DNA of 64,000 nt, taken from Novakomyces olei. Lineage: Eukaryota. Under the pieces are notes generated by a model. That model was not told the DNA's origin. It did not search any database and saw only the letters and a list, made by a program, of their open reading frames with translations. The position numbers and the translations under genes were made by a program. Where the stretch lies: positions 186,001 through 250,000 of the forward strand of contig JADEYG010000003.1 in assembly GCA_016906335.1 (NCBI GenBank). The letters are read 5' to 3'. Below are positions 1 to 12,211 of the stretch, piece by piece (the first letter of the stretch is position 1; every line of letters begins with the position of its first letter).

Positions 1-1869
1 CGCCGAAGCTTGCCTCTTTAAATTTGCGCGTTGGGTTTCGTGGTACGCCAAATTTGCCGCTAGTTTTGCGGTTCTTTCAGGGCTGCTAAAGAACCGGGGA
101 CCACTGTACCGGGCGGCACTAGACCTCGAAGGGAGAGTGGCCGATCCAGCCAGAGTCGATGCAGACGGGTGCTGCTGCCGTCCACCCAGCGCCTTTGGCC
201 TCTGTGGAGATCCGTAAATGTAAGCGTTTCCAGCCGTGGAAGACGGCACCGTTGGGGAGGGAGTCGACGTTGGTTGGAACGAGGCAGTTGGAGAAGTCGT
301 TGGTGAAGCAAATTGGGCAGAAGAAGCCAAAAACTCTGAAGAGCTTCCAGAAACGAGTTCTGGTGAGGAGCCTTCCTGCCAGATCTGACATGCAGGAAGA
401 GCGGCAGAGCCAGGTGGACTGAAATGGCTCAAGCTGTAATCATCGGCACTGTGACCAGCGTTATTGTCGTTGTAAGAGAGCAAAGAAGAGGGCTGTGTTG
501 CCGCTCTTACGGGGCCCTGAGGGATATCGAGGTACCGGATCCTTCGCTGCTTCAGTCCTTGCTGCTGATCGCCGAGGAAAAGGTCAGAGTCCGAGTGGAC
601 AGCGGAGTAGAGCGCCCACAGATCCAGTTCGTCCTCCTCCGACTCGTACACGGGCAAGTCAGGGTTTTCCACTGAGGGATAGGATGCCCTTTTTCTCTTT
701 GGACTCGATCGGCCCGATCGGTGCTCGTTTGCCGGTGGACTGGTTGGAGAGGAGAGTTGTTTGTTGTTGTTGTTATTGCTGTTATTGCTGTTATTGCCGT
801 TATTATTGCTGTTGCTGTTGCTGTTATTATTATTATTATTGCTCCGCTGAGACTTTATCATAGACTGCCATTCGTCAAAGCTTCCGGAAAACTCAAACAG
901 CCCGTTATCACCCGGACCAAGGCCCGGACTGTTCCGGGCCTCGTACCCCGGAAAGCTTGAGGCTGCCGCCATTTCAGAGTCGGCAGTAGCGGCCACTGAA
1001 GGAGAAAAAGCGTCAGACTCGGCGGGAGACTCGCTGGTTTCCCCACGGCCAAGAATCTCTGTCGCATCGCTGTCGTCACTGTTGAAATCGAGACGTTCAT
1101 ACACGACGTGAGGCACGTCTGTGCCTTGCATGCTCAGGGCATCAAACGGGACAGTGCCGTTTACTTGTGCCTCTGGAAAAGTGCTCTCTGAGTAATTGCC
1201 CTCTGAGTAATTGCCCTCTGAATAATTGCCTCCAAAGTAATTGCCCTCAGGAGGGACCGTATACGCATCCGCCTCGGGTGAGAGGAGATGCACATGCTGC
1301 AGGTAAAACAAGTCTTGGTCCGGACTGTACGGCGGAATCGCAGTATTGGCAGAGGGCAGACTTATACCCGCAGCAGTCGCTAATTTACGGTCAGTAGAAG
1401 GCTGCCTCCTCAACCTGTCTGGCTTCTTTTGCTGCTGCTTTTGCTGTTTTTTTTGCTGCTGCTGCTGCTGCTGCCGTCGAGAGTTGCCGGGTTTTCTACT
1501 CTGCTCAGGTTTCCCTGACTGACCAGGCGAAGCAGTGCCTTTGCCATGGACCAGTTTTTTTTGCTGCTGCTGCTGCTGCCGACGGCGGTAGCTCGAAGGC
1601 CGAGCTGCCTGCTCTGGCGCACTGCCAAAATCGGCTCTTGTACTGCCAAAATCGGCTCTTGCACTGCCAAAATCGGCTCTTGTACTACTGCCTTGCTCTT
1701 CGGCTCCCTGTGACAATCCCGACCGGTCTTGCACAGCGGTATCAGGAAACGCAGCCAGCTCAAGGCTCGGCGGCGATACTTGTGAGAGAAGGTAGTCGAA
1801 ATCAGTGCCGCTGCCAGACAACAAGTCTGTAGAGTCCCACTCGAGATTGGCCATATCGTCGTCCATCAT
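1..1869 (-). CDS. Unassigned low-complexity protein, >=623 aa, 3' end beyond window edge (absent from ORF track)
   Basis: Manual translation gives a stop-free frame from ATG ATG at 1869 to position 1: MMDDDMANLEWDSTDLLSGSGTDFDYLLSQ..., polyQ, polyN, an SPKRKR NLS-like motif and S/P-rich segments. Internal tandem repeats are all multiples of 3 bp. Confidence 0.8.
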   Translation of the reverse strand, partial: MMDDDMANLEWDSTDLLSGSGTDFDYLLSQVSPPSLELAAFPDTAVQDRSGLSQGAEEQGSSTRADFGSARADFGSTRADFGSAPEQAARPSSYRRRQQQQQQKKLVHGKGTASPGQSGKPEQSRKPGNSRRQQQQQQQKKQQKQQQKKPDRLRRQPSTDRKLATAAGISLPSANTAIPPYSPDQDLFYLQHVHLLSPEADAYTVPPEGNYFGGNYSEGNYSEGNYSESTFPEAQVNGTVPFDALSMQGTDVPHVVYERLDFNSDDSDATEILGRGETSESPAESDAFSPSVAATADSEMAAASSFPGYEARNSPGLGPGDNGLFEFSGSFDEWQSMIKSQRSNNNNNNSNSNSNNNGNNSNNSNNNNNKQLSSPTSPPANEHRSGRSSPKRKRASYPSVENPDLPVYESEEDELDLWALYSAVHSDSDLFLGDQQQGLKQRRIRYLDIPQGPVRAATQPSSLLSYNDNNAGHSADDYSLSHFSPPGSAALPACQIWQEGSSPELVSGSSSEFLASSAQFASPTTSPTASFQPTSTPSPTVPSSTAGNAYIYGSPQRPKALGGRQQHPSASTLAGSATLPSRSSAARYSGPRFFSSPERTAKLAANLAYHETQRANLKRQASA

Positions 1870-1890
1870 TGTACACAAAGGAATACTGTG

Positions 1891-1977
1891 CCTGTTGAAC
1901 GTGTTAATTACGCTGTTGAACGTGTTAATTACGCCTGTTGAACGTGTAAATTACGCCTGTTGAAAACGAATTAAAAA
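1891..1977. repeat. ~22-bp tandem repeat x4 (CCTGTTGAACGTGTTAATTACG)
   Basis: Three near-perfect copies plus one diverged copy, immediately upstream of the ATG at 1869. Confidence 0.9.
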
Positions 1978-3306
1978 TGCACCAGAGAGTGCGCGCCAAT
2001 CCGCGTATATGCACAACCACCCAGATCAAGGCCGGAGCAAAAACGGCCAGGTCCGACGCGACGGGGGTCGACTGCTCTGCCGTATATAGACGTGAACAAC
2101 ACTGTGAACAACACTGTGAACAACACTGTTAAATAGTAAACAACCTTGAGCAACTGTAACAACACTGTAAATAACAAGGCAATGTAGACAAACTGTGCAC
2201 TAAAGTGAATCAAAGGCAAAGGCAGTCAGTCTCTTATCAATGGTGCCTGATAAACAATCTCGCTGTCACAGGCAAAGCATGAAGGCTGTGCGCGCAAAAG
2301 AGGAACGAACGGACGGAGCTCTGCTCCAGACGGAGAGGCAAAGCGGAAGGAAGAGAAGTAAAAAAGGGAGAGAAACGAGTGAGAGTGCGCTCCAAAGAGC
2401 CTTTGCCTTGCGCAAGAGTGCGAGTGTTGGATGAGAGCGTTTGCGCTGCACAAGCTATTAGCGAAAATTAGGCGGAGGAACCGACATCGGCGCGACCAGT
2501 CATATATACAAACAGTAACCGTCAGTGCAGAAAGCAGCTTGAGAGTGGGATAACTGCCGACCGCCGAGTAGGGCACCGAAGGCTTGCACTGATCGCAGAA
2601 ATGCGTTCGCGTTTAGGGTTTTCAGTGGGTCGCGGGCAGTTGGCGGTTAGCATTACTTGCCGACTCCCTCTGCGCAACAGATTCCGCAAAGGGTGGCTGG
2701 CAGTCACGTGATCGTAGATCAAGAACGATTATGGGGTCGGTATCGCAGTTGTAAGTAATGCCGTATATTACATACACAGTAGTTTTCTGTTACGTACTAG
2801 TGGGCCCCTTCTACCATCGATTATAGTGTGTATAATCTTGCAGTACGCACGTGCCAATTCTCTCCGCTCTGTAGCAACATTACTTGTAGATTATATTTAG
2901 GATTAATGTCTGACGATAACCAGCCGATTGTACCGGAAACGAGCCATAAAGGAGTAAAGGGTTACAAAGAATGGAACTTGAACAAAGATTGGAACTTGAA
3001 CAAAGAATGAAAGATATGGATAAAATAGAGAAAATTAAAAGCAGAAAACGATAGAAGCAGAATGAGGAGAGAAGGAATAGTGACTGAAACAAAGAATGGA
3101 AAAAGATAAAAGCAGAATGGAAGGATGCAAGAACAAATGAATGAATACGTAAAGCTTAAAAGCAAAGCCTTTGACAATAACAATAGCATTGACCACGAAA
3201 TAATCTATATATGTAATAAAGTACTTGAATCAGAATCGGATGACAATTGGCAATTTTTACAATACCAACAATGCAAGCGCAGTAAGCCATAGTCCAATGA
3301 CCAACC

Positions 3307-3369
3307 AAACTGCCGTCAAACTGCCGTCAAACTGCCGTCAAACTGCCGTCAAACTGCCGTCAAACTGCC
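3307..3369. repeat. 11-bp tandem repeat (AAACTGCCGTC) ~5.7 copies
   Basis: Perfect tandem copies downstream of the OSH3 stop. Confidence 0.95.
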
Positions 3370-3541
3370 ACTGTCCAAGTTTGAAGCACCAATACTATTT
3401 TCACTGTCTAAATTAAAGCACCAATAATCATTTTCAAAAAGCAGGCAATTGCCTGCTGCGCATGTGTAAATATATACTCCAACCCTATCGCCACAGAGGT
3501 AAAGTGTCCATCGTCTGCCAGTGTTCCCGCTAGTATAAACT

Positions 3542-6364
3542 CTAACCTCTCTGTTCAGGCGCTGAGCTGCCACTCCAGAGCTCGCACTCTGTATCAAACC
3601 GGCCCGCCTGCCTCTGTGACCAGTAACTCTCCGGGCCAGTTACGAAATTGTACCGGTCAGGAGCGTGCTCAGTGAACCATTTAGGCCTAAACTCTGTGCC
3701 TCCGGCTTGCCGACGGGACCGTTGAGCGGCCTCGAGTTGGAGTTTCAGCTCGTTTGCCTCCTCCACTTGGCCCTGCTCATACAGCCTTTGGTCTGGCCGG
3801 TAGCGTGTATCCGTTGCCGGCAATTTGCTTCCGGCTTCGAGGTCTGTAATCTCGTTCAGCTGAGAGCAAAATGTACTAAACCCAAACTGCTTTTCCGCTC
3901 CAGCGGGGACAGGATTCGCTTTCCACAGTAGAGAACTGCCACCGCTGTCGACGGCACTAGCGGCCTTGCTGCCTTCATTATTGTCCTCCACCATCTCCAG
4001 CTGTATAGTCCAGTTGCCCTTTGCCCGGCCTCTAACCTGATCGTCTACGTAAGCGGTGGCCGCTACCTCCTCGCATCGGCCCGACTGGAACATTCCTCGG
4101 CTTTGGAACTCACAGGTCGCTCTGACTGCCGATCGCGTATCGCATTCAATGGCAATCTTACCCGTTGGCTCAAGGTACTTTTCTCCAAACGTCACATTTT
4201 TCAATAATAAATTGGGCATTTCAAAACTGAACCTCTCTCCGTCTTTAAAGGTAATGCTGAAACGGCCTTCGGACCGAAGAGTTGCCGTTTTACCCCAAAA
4301 CTGCTGCGATGGAACGAGCGTTTGATCGACTACCCAAAGAGCCGATTCTGCTCTTGCAGCAACAACCAGCGGACGATGCGATACCTTTTCCGCTACAAAT
4401 CGGAACCCTTTGTCCTCACGAACAAGCTCATACGTTTCGCCAAGCAGAGGAATAAAGGGCTTTCTCAGGCAGCGCTCTTTCACCCGAGCATAGGCCACTG
4501 TGCTAATTGCAAAAGCCGCAATATATAGTGAACGAAGCCCCGTTTCTACGGGCGCAAAACTCGCCCGGTCCAGCAGCTCACTGTACTCGAAATTCTCCGC
4601 TACTTTTTGCAACAGCCCAATCGGCTCGTTTGAGGAAACGTGTAGGGTTAGGGTTGACAGGTCTTTGCCTATATTGTTGCGGAGGATAGAGGCAAAATTA
4701 GGCGGGCTCACGCCGGCCGCCGGGACCGTGTCCCGTCTTTGTACGGCAGCTTTAACCGGCAGCGGGTACAGGTCCTTGGCAAACGAAACAGGGGTTTGGT
4801 CTTGGAGCGAGCTTTCTTGCGATAAAGTCGAGTCTGAGCTGTTGCCGTCATCGTCCTGGATAATTACTTCCTGAAAGCCTGCGTCCCCATCACTCTGAGC
4901 CCACAGGATTGGTGGGCTGTTTATCATATTGTTGTTATTACTGCTTTTCGTGTCCGTAGCGTAATCATCAGCGTTCATCAGCGCATCGTGCCAAACAATA
5001 TCCTCTCCGCCAAGCAGTGTACTGGCAAAACTGGGGGCCTTGTGTAAGGGTTTATGCGTAAACCCTCGTAATGCGAGCCGAAATTTTGTCACTAGCTCCT
5101 GAATTGCAGAGGCACAGTCAGCAGCCACTGGCTGCCCACCCAGCCGGTCAAGATCCTGCACCAAACTCTCCAAATTATGGACAGCTTGCACAGCTTGCCC
5201 ACTTGTATCTGCCTGTTCTGTGCTTGCTATGGACGGGCTCAGTTCCGTATCACACGACATTTTCTGGCCAAGATCTTCCACCTGCTGGCACCAAAACTGC
5301 CAGTCCTCGTCGCTCAGGGCACGTAAATTCCAAATATCTGCTCCAGAATCGATATTGATCTCCTTTGAATGCCGATTCACACTGACAGCGGCCAGGTAGA
5401 GGGGAATTGATCCACGCAACGGATCTGTATCCTGGCCAAGCGCATAATTGAGCGATCTATCGAGTTGGTTTATCCAAAAGTACCGCTTTGCCCAGCCCTG
5501 CATCCTTTTCCGCCTGCGTTTCAGCAAGTAGCCACTGGCTCTTTGATGGCCCTTTGGCACTGTATCCACGAGTGGCCGACGTGAAACGGGGACACTTTGC
5601 CGGGGCACTACTTCCAGCACAAAGGTAACCGTCTTTGAAGTGTTTAGGGAGAAACTGTTGTCGAGAACAAAGGCGTAGATGCCGGCATTTTGCACATGGT
5701 ACGAGCCTGTACATATTTTGTCGGGAGGACAGCGTTCGCCTTCCACAACCTTGACCAGCCCGGCCGCCCGTAACCGGTCTTCCGGGTCGCGCAGAGGCGC
5801 CGCCGCTGAGGCTGACTGCTGCGCCAAAGAAGCAGAGGCACTTGAACTCGAATTCGGCTTGGAGATCAGCCTTGAGCCGGGTTTGGCTGTAGACGAGCGT
5901 CTCCTTGGCACTGCCATTGGCAGTGCAATTGACACTGCCATTGGCAGATTATTACTCGAAGCATTAGTGGGAGAAGCAGCGGCAGAGTAAAAGCCGTCTT
6001 GGCTCTCTGAGGCCGCACTGATCGACGGTGCCGCCTTTTCACTGCTCGATGCTGCTGACGGAACAGACTCGTCTTGTGCCGAATTGTCTTTGCGCCATAT
6101 CGAGAATTTTATAGATTTTTTCACCGGCCGTATCTGCCACTGCATACAATCATTGCCGTTCGCGTTCACCCAGCGTAGAAACACGTCACGCGACTGCACT
6201 AGAAAGCGCACTCGTCAGTCTTGGCTTTTCTTGGGTAATTATATTTTTTTAAATGTAATTCTTTCATAAATTCGTTTGTTCCAGACGGGAAAATTGTAGG
6301 GGAAAAGGCCCTGTCTTGTTTTGCTCGTGTTTGCGTGTGTGCACTTACCTTGAACCGTTTCCAT
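3542..6364 (-). CDS. OSH3: Oxysterol-binding protein homologue with GOLD, PH and ORD domains
   Basis: GOLD (YAFVLDNSFSLNTSKTV), PH (GYLLKRRRKRMQGWAKRYF) and ORD (KPFIPLLGETYE, EKVSHRP, DTRYRPDQR). 16-nt exon 1 at 6364-6349 (METVQ), then intron 6348-6199 GTAAGT..CTGAC..TAG. Confidence 0.92.
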
Positions 6365-6550
6365 AGCATTCAGCGACACCCGTTTCGCCACCAACGCCCT
6401 TCCGAGTTTGCTGGACTCGCGTCGCGTTACACTGTAATTATTACTTTATTATATAATTATAAATATAAATAATAATAATAGTCGTTATCCCACGGGACTT
6501 TACAAGTAAATATATTTGATATTCAGGGACCGACCGATCATAACAAGTAC

Positions 6551-6584
<34 letters not shown>

Positions 6585-6877
6585 TATAAAACTATAAAAA
6601 ATAATAAAGGTTTAATATAAATAACAGAATCAAAAAAATGTGAAAGAAAAATTGAAAACGAAAAAGGCGCAGAGGCATATAATATTATCAAAATTAATGT
6701 ACGCCAATTACATGTGAATTTACGGTGTAACAATATAGCTGTCATACTGTCGAATCGGTCCTCGTTGTAGGAGGCTATTTATTGTGCTCTGTGTCAAACT
6801 CTTCCTTCAATAAAACCATTTAATTATGAAAGTAAATTTAATATTATATAACCTTATTATTATTATTATTATTTATA

Positions 6878-6878
6878 T

Positions 6879-6977
<99 letters not shown>
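6878..6977. repeat. (ATTT)n microsatellite
   Basis: ~100 bp near-perfect run just past the VPS15 stop. Confidence 0.97.
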
Positions 6978-7001
6978 CTTACTTATATAAATACATTAAA
7001 A

Positions 7002-10000
7002 CTACGTGAAAACCTTGATAACGCCACTCCTATCGCCCGATATAATCATTGCATACGGGCGCTCTATGAAGGCAATGTCTTGAACAACGTCCATATGAGC
7101 GTCATACAAATGCTGCTGCTGCCTTGAAATCAGTGTTGTTCGTGAAGGTCGTTGCTGCTTGCGCGCTGCGCCATTAGTAGACGCGTTACGCGAAGACGAA
7201 GCCGTCATGGTTTTACGCGTAGCCCCGAGCTGCGCGAGTTGGCTCTCCGACGCGTAACATGCAATCTGTATAGACGGCGAATTGAGCATTAGCAAAAACA
7301 CTGATCCATCTTCCTCCACCGCATTTGCCGCTGACACCACTGTACTCTGTTCCACGGCACTTACGTCCCAGAACCTTATCTGAAAATCGCTTCCAGCTGT
7401 AATCAAGAAGCCTCTCATAGCCCGTGACTCGTCTTCCCTGACAACGACATCTACTACTGGTAAAATTGCATGAACTGTATTAGCAGTGCTTAGACTGGGT
7501 CCTCCTGGCCTTTCACTGCCTTCCCGAGGCGGCTGCTGCCTTTCAAAGGGGAAACAAAAGGGGAAAAGTGCGTTTCTTTCCTCCTCCACATCAATCGCAA
7601 CAGGCTCATAATCGTGAGCCTTAAACTTTGTCAGAACCCCGGCATGGTACACTTCCCGGCAATGTAGCTTTTCCACGTCCCATACGCTTACTTGCCCGCA
7701 GTCCTTGCGGCTTGATCCCACACAGATCCATTTACCCCGGCCTCTGGAAGGGTGCAAACAGAGCGATTGAATAGGGTTCAGGCCGGGAATTCCCCAGGCT
7801 TTTAGCCGGATAAAGAACCGTAGATCCCACAGGTCAAGTACGCCACTAAATGTACCAGACACGAGCCAATTGCCCTTGCTATCAACGACAAATCGGCTCA
7901 GCATTCCATGGGCAAAGGGAACAACCAAACAAAAGCTGGGCTCCTCCTGCTCTTCATCCTTTTCGTAATGCTCTTGTGTCTCTGTTCCAACGGCTCCAAA
8001 CCTGTTCAAGTCAAACCCTAATATTCTGGACTGGCTGGTTGCTACCAGCACGTACTTTTTCCCATCCAGTTTGACCTGCTCCAGTTGTACTGCATACTCT
8101 CCCGGTCTGCTCAACTGTCGGGTCGCCAGCAGTTTGTGTCCAACGTATTTGACTTGGCCTCCGGCTTCCTTGGAGAGCAAAAGGCGTACAAGGTCGATTG
8201 ATCCATCAAGACCTGCAGCAACGATTGCATTTCTATTACGAATAAAACAAAGAGCAGTTACGGCTGGCTCATTGTGGAGACGGTACGTCATTCTAGACCG
8301 GAAGGCAACGCTCTCTACCAGCTGCCGCGTATCCCAAAACTTTACCGTTCCGTCTTGCGAAGCAGTAGCAAAAAGCGAGTGGTCTGCATTGACCACGATT
8401 TTGTTTATAGGGCCCTTGTGCTCAGTGAAATTGGCCACCAGAGTCCCGCTCGGCCGCCAAGGTTTGCCCTTGTTGTTCAGCAAAGGGCTGAACCGTTGAG
8501 GGCTCGGTTTGGCCATGACAGGCTCGCCCAGGTCAATAGTGATGCCATGAAAATTCTCCTCAAAGACTTTGCTCAGATGCTTGATCACGTTGGGGTTTCC
8601 GCCCTCGTAGGAGCACGAAGCCCGGCCGTTGCTCAGGGAACAGCCGGCCAGATGAATAGGACTGGTGGCAGACGGAGAAGCCAAGTTTTGCAGCTTTGTC
8701 GCCTTTCTATCCACAAACCCAAAGGCAATCGCGTCGTTTGTCACTGTTTCCGGCAGAGTTTTCTTGGCTCGGCCGAGAGCGGTTGACTGTAGATGCTGTC
8801 TTTGTGTAGAGTCTTTTGCAACAATACGGACGGGTCCGTTACGATTGGCAATGCCGTCCTTAGAGTTGGGCGGATACGAGCGTGGACTTGTTGCGTCCAG
8901 CGGCGGTGGCTCTTGCCCTCCGACCGCTACAGTGTCCGCCTCTGTCTGCAGGCTCACAGCGCCTAGAGCAGCCTCCCGACCCTCACTAACCCTAACTTTC
9001 CCCGTTTTCGGCCATTCCTCTAGTGAGCCATCTCTTAACCCTAACCCTAACCTTAACCCTAACCCACTTGGCACAGAAGCGTCTCTTTCCGTCTCCTCGA
9101 TAAATACAATGTGCGGCATGACCTGCATAGATTTTAGAGCGACAACCTGCGACAGGGCGGCAGTGGCACCGGGTTCCCTGCCGACCTTTCGAGCGGCCAA
9201 TGTCTGGCCCAGTTTGTATATAAAAGGCCTCATCAGCTCAATGCAGAGCTCTGTCTCTGGCTTCATGCCCATTGCACGAAGACGGGCAATGTACTGCCCG
9301 TCTTCCAGAGATCTGGCAGCGGCAGTTTGAAACTTTGTATTGGCTGTCTGCTGCGTTGCTTGACGGGCAGCATTGGCCAGAGCAGACCGTAACCGGACTG
9401 GATCCATTGCCGCTGCATCAGCCGCTGCTTGAGCAGCTGCTGATGCCTTCCAAAACTCGCTCCTGCCTTCAACCCGGCTGGCCCAATGGACGCAGGTATC
9501 AAACATGGCACGCGGAATTGGCGGCACCAAATTCTGAAGCACTTGTTCTTCACTAATTGTGGGTAATGGACACTCCAAGAAGGGCGCAAGCATAGGTCGC
9601 AGGATACATGTAGCATCAACGGTAGAGCAGGTACGGGAAACTGCTCCGACTAGGTGTACAACGGCTCTGCGCACTCTGCCATTTGGATGAACAAGGAACC
9701 GGGTGACATAGTACATTGTCGTCCAGAGGCAAGTAGGGTGGATAATGAGCAGCTCCACAATGGGCACTAGCGACTCGATCATTCTAGCGGCCACAAACTC
9801 TTCTGGATCCGACAAGGATTGTGTAATCAGAGGCAGCACAAACGTATCAAAGGACGAATCATTTGTGAAAATGGCAACAGTAACCAGAGCATTGAACAGG
9901 TCCCTCCTCAGCAACCAATCAGGGTCATTTAAATAGGTGATTAGATGGCTTAGAATAGTCTCCTTTACCGTGGCACTCTGTAAAAAGACACAGAGGGGCT

Positions 10001-11908
10001 GAAGATTTGCCAGTAATGCTCTTCTTACCGCCGCACTTTGATCTGTAAGCAAAACTATACACGTGTCCAGCACAACCAGGTTCAAATCGTAGAGGCTGTT
10101 CTCATAACTCTCGTCGTCGTTGGCGGTTAGCAGTGTTAAGCCTTCCAAATCCATGCTGGCCTGGGATGAAGAAGTAGCTGTGCCGCCTGCCGAGCCAGAC
10201 AGGACTCCGGACTGCCTTAAGCTTTGAAACATATCCAGGAACCGGCTTGCCCCGATTGCCAAGTCGCCAAAGGAAGCAGCCAAAGCACTGCGTACAACAG
10301 TCTCAGAATCGACCATGAGCAGTTTCAGCTCGGGCATTATGTACTCGTGAAAGACAAAGGCATTGACCGGTGAAATTGCTCTCACTGACATCACGAGATC
10401 ACGCAAAGCAAAGATCATAGACGATCTGACCAGCGGATTCGGGTCCCGACAAAGGCAAATCAGGTAGGGGAGACACCTGTCCAGTTTAATCTCATCTGAT
10501 AACCGAGGGCAGAGCGACATTATCATTTGCAAGCAAGCCAGCCGAGAACTCGGCATAGCTGCGGAGCGAAGCGAGGACAGTAATACATTCAGCACTATTA
10601 TGGCACCCTCGTCACTAACTGCCCATGTCGATTTAGGCCGCAATTTAGACTGAGTTTTGCCGGCTTTTTTATTGGTTTTGGTCTGTACTTGCTCCAACTC
10701 GGAACCCATGATCTTTTCAAAATCTAATCGTAATATTGTTATCCTCGCATCTGAAATATTGCGATCCGGTTCGATAGAGGGCAATTGTGTATCCATGAGA
10801 TTCGCAATGTACGCATGTAGAAATCCGGAAAAATAAGACGGAAACGCCTTGTTTGCCCACTTTTCCAGATAACTCGACGGCGTCTGTCGATCCTCTGGGT
10901 TAAGGGAAATCATGTCTCTCACGAGACTGCGAATGTGAGAATCTTCGATTTTCAGCAGGGTATTGTTCAATACCGTTTCATCGCCATTACGGTACCGGAA
11001 AAGCTGGGGCAAGGTGAACAGCGGGGTGCCCTCAAGAAATATTTCAGCAATTACACAGCCCAAACTGAAAACGTCCATTGCGCTTGTAAGAAGGCCACCT
11101 TCTTTCTTTGATTCACCGTGCTTTAGAAACCTTTCGGGTGCAAGGTAGCAAGTTCGACGTGAGGAAGTATCGAAAAAGAAGGAAAAATCTCCTGGATCAT
11201 CTTCAGGGAGGAAAACTGGCTTGAACGAAGCGAAATCTGTCAAGAATGCCCAGTTCCATGAAGTAATCAGCACATTCTCCGTTTTAATGTCGCCATGAAA
11301 TATCTGCATGTTAATATTTCAGCTTGGAAATTTTAATTCTTTTTTCCATCTTGCTCATTGATCTTTTAGTTTCATACATTCTTTGAGTGGAGTTCTTGTA
11401 GACAGTTCAGCAGCTGGTACGCTATCCATTTCTTCTCGATCGGCTCCAGGAAAGGTCTGACGCTAAATCGATCGTACAAATTATTCTGCAAAAACTGACG
11501 TGAGGCATATATGGCCCGCGTAGTCTCCACCACGCGTTGGTACCCGAGCGCGTTCGGGCACGTAGATATTACGGCAGATTCAACTAGAAGCGTTTAGCGT
11601 TGATTACTACGTTGCAGACTCGGAACCGCACCTTCAATAGACTTTATGATCTCGGTAAAATCCGTCACCCCTGTCGGTTTTATGAAAACCTTGACCACGT
11701 AGGGCACGTCATCCTGCCATCCCTTGACCGTCTTCAAGAACCGCGAAGATCCCAGGCTGCAAAGAGCATTAGCATTAATAGCAGCAAGGCAAAGGCACTC
11801 AGAGCCATACCTTTTAGGAGATTTAAGACCGCCTAATTCGACCAGCAGATTGTCTATGTTACCCTCATAGCCACCCAAGTACCTGAGCGAGGATAACGCT
11901 CCTCCCAT
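7002..11908 (-). CDS. VPS15: PI3K regulatory subunit Vps15 (kinase-like, HEAT, WD40)
   Basis: Starts MGGALS (myristoylatable Gly2). Contains LGSSRFLKT, HGDIKTEN, TDFASFKP, RRTCYLAPERF, HEAT repeats and C-terminal WD40 ending SGVIKVF. Introns 11810-11757, 11631-11584, 11377-11304. Confidence 0.96.
9036..9065. repeat. Telomere-like (TAACCC)n x5 inside the VPS15 CDS
   Basis: TAACCC TAACCC TAACCT TAACCC TAACCC; reads GLGLRLGLGL on the coding strand. Confidence 0.85.
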
Positions 11909-12211
11909 CGCATAAAGGCAGGCAGGCTATGCTCGAAATGGCGTCGTCTGCCTTTATCATCATCATCCCCATAACGATAACGCTTACCAGTAATTTTGTG
12001 AGCAGTCTGACAAACTACGGAGATGAATTAAGCTGTCATAACATAAAATAGTATAGTAATTTGATAGTTCAACAATTCAGCTACATAATAAAATAATAAA
12101 TGATAATATAATAAATGATAATATAATTATATAACTATTAAATAATTAAATTAAAATCTTAGAATATTAAAATAATTTAACGAGACAAAAATTAAAAAGG
12201 CCATTCATAAA

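Noticed and set aside
2015..2035. CTTGATCTGG on the minus strand resembling a TPP riboswitch core
   Set aside because: Lacks the following TAAT loop and the upstream CTGAGA motif; no thiamine gene nearby.
2200..2720. Possible telomerase RNA (AAACCCTAAAC template-like at 2611-2621)
   Set aside because: No pseudoknot or CR4/5 element recognisable. Better explained as the promoter or 5'UTR of the edge ORF.
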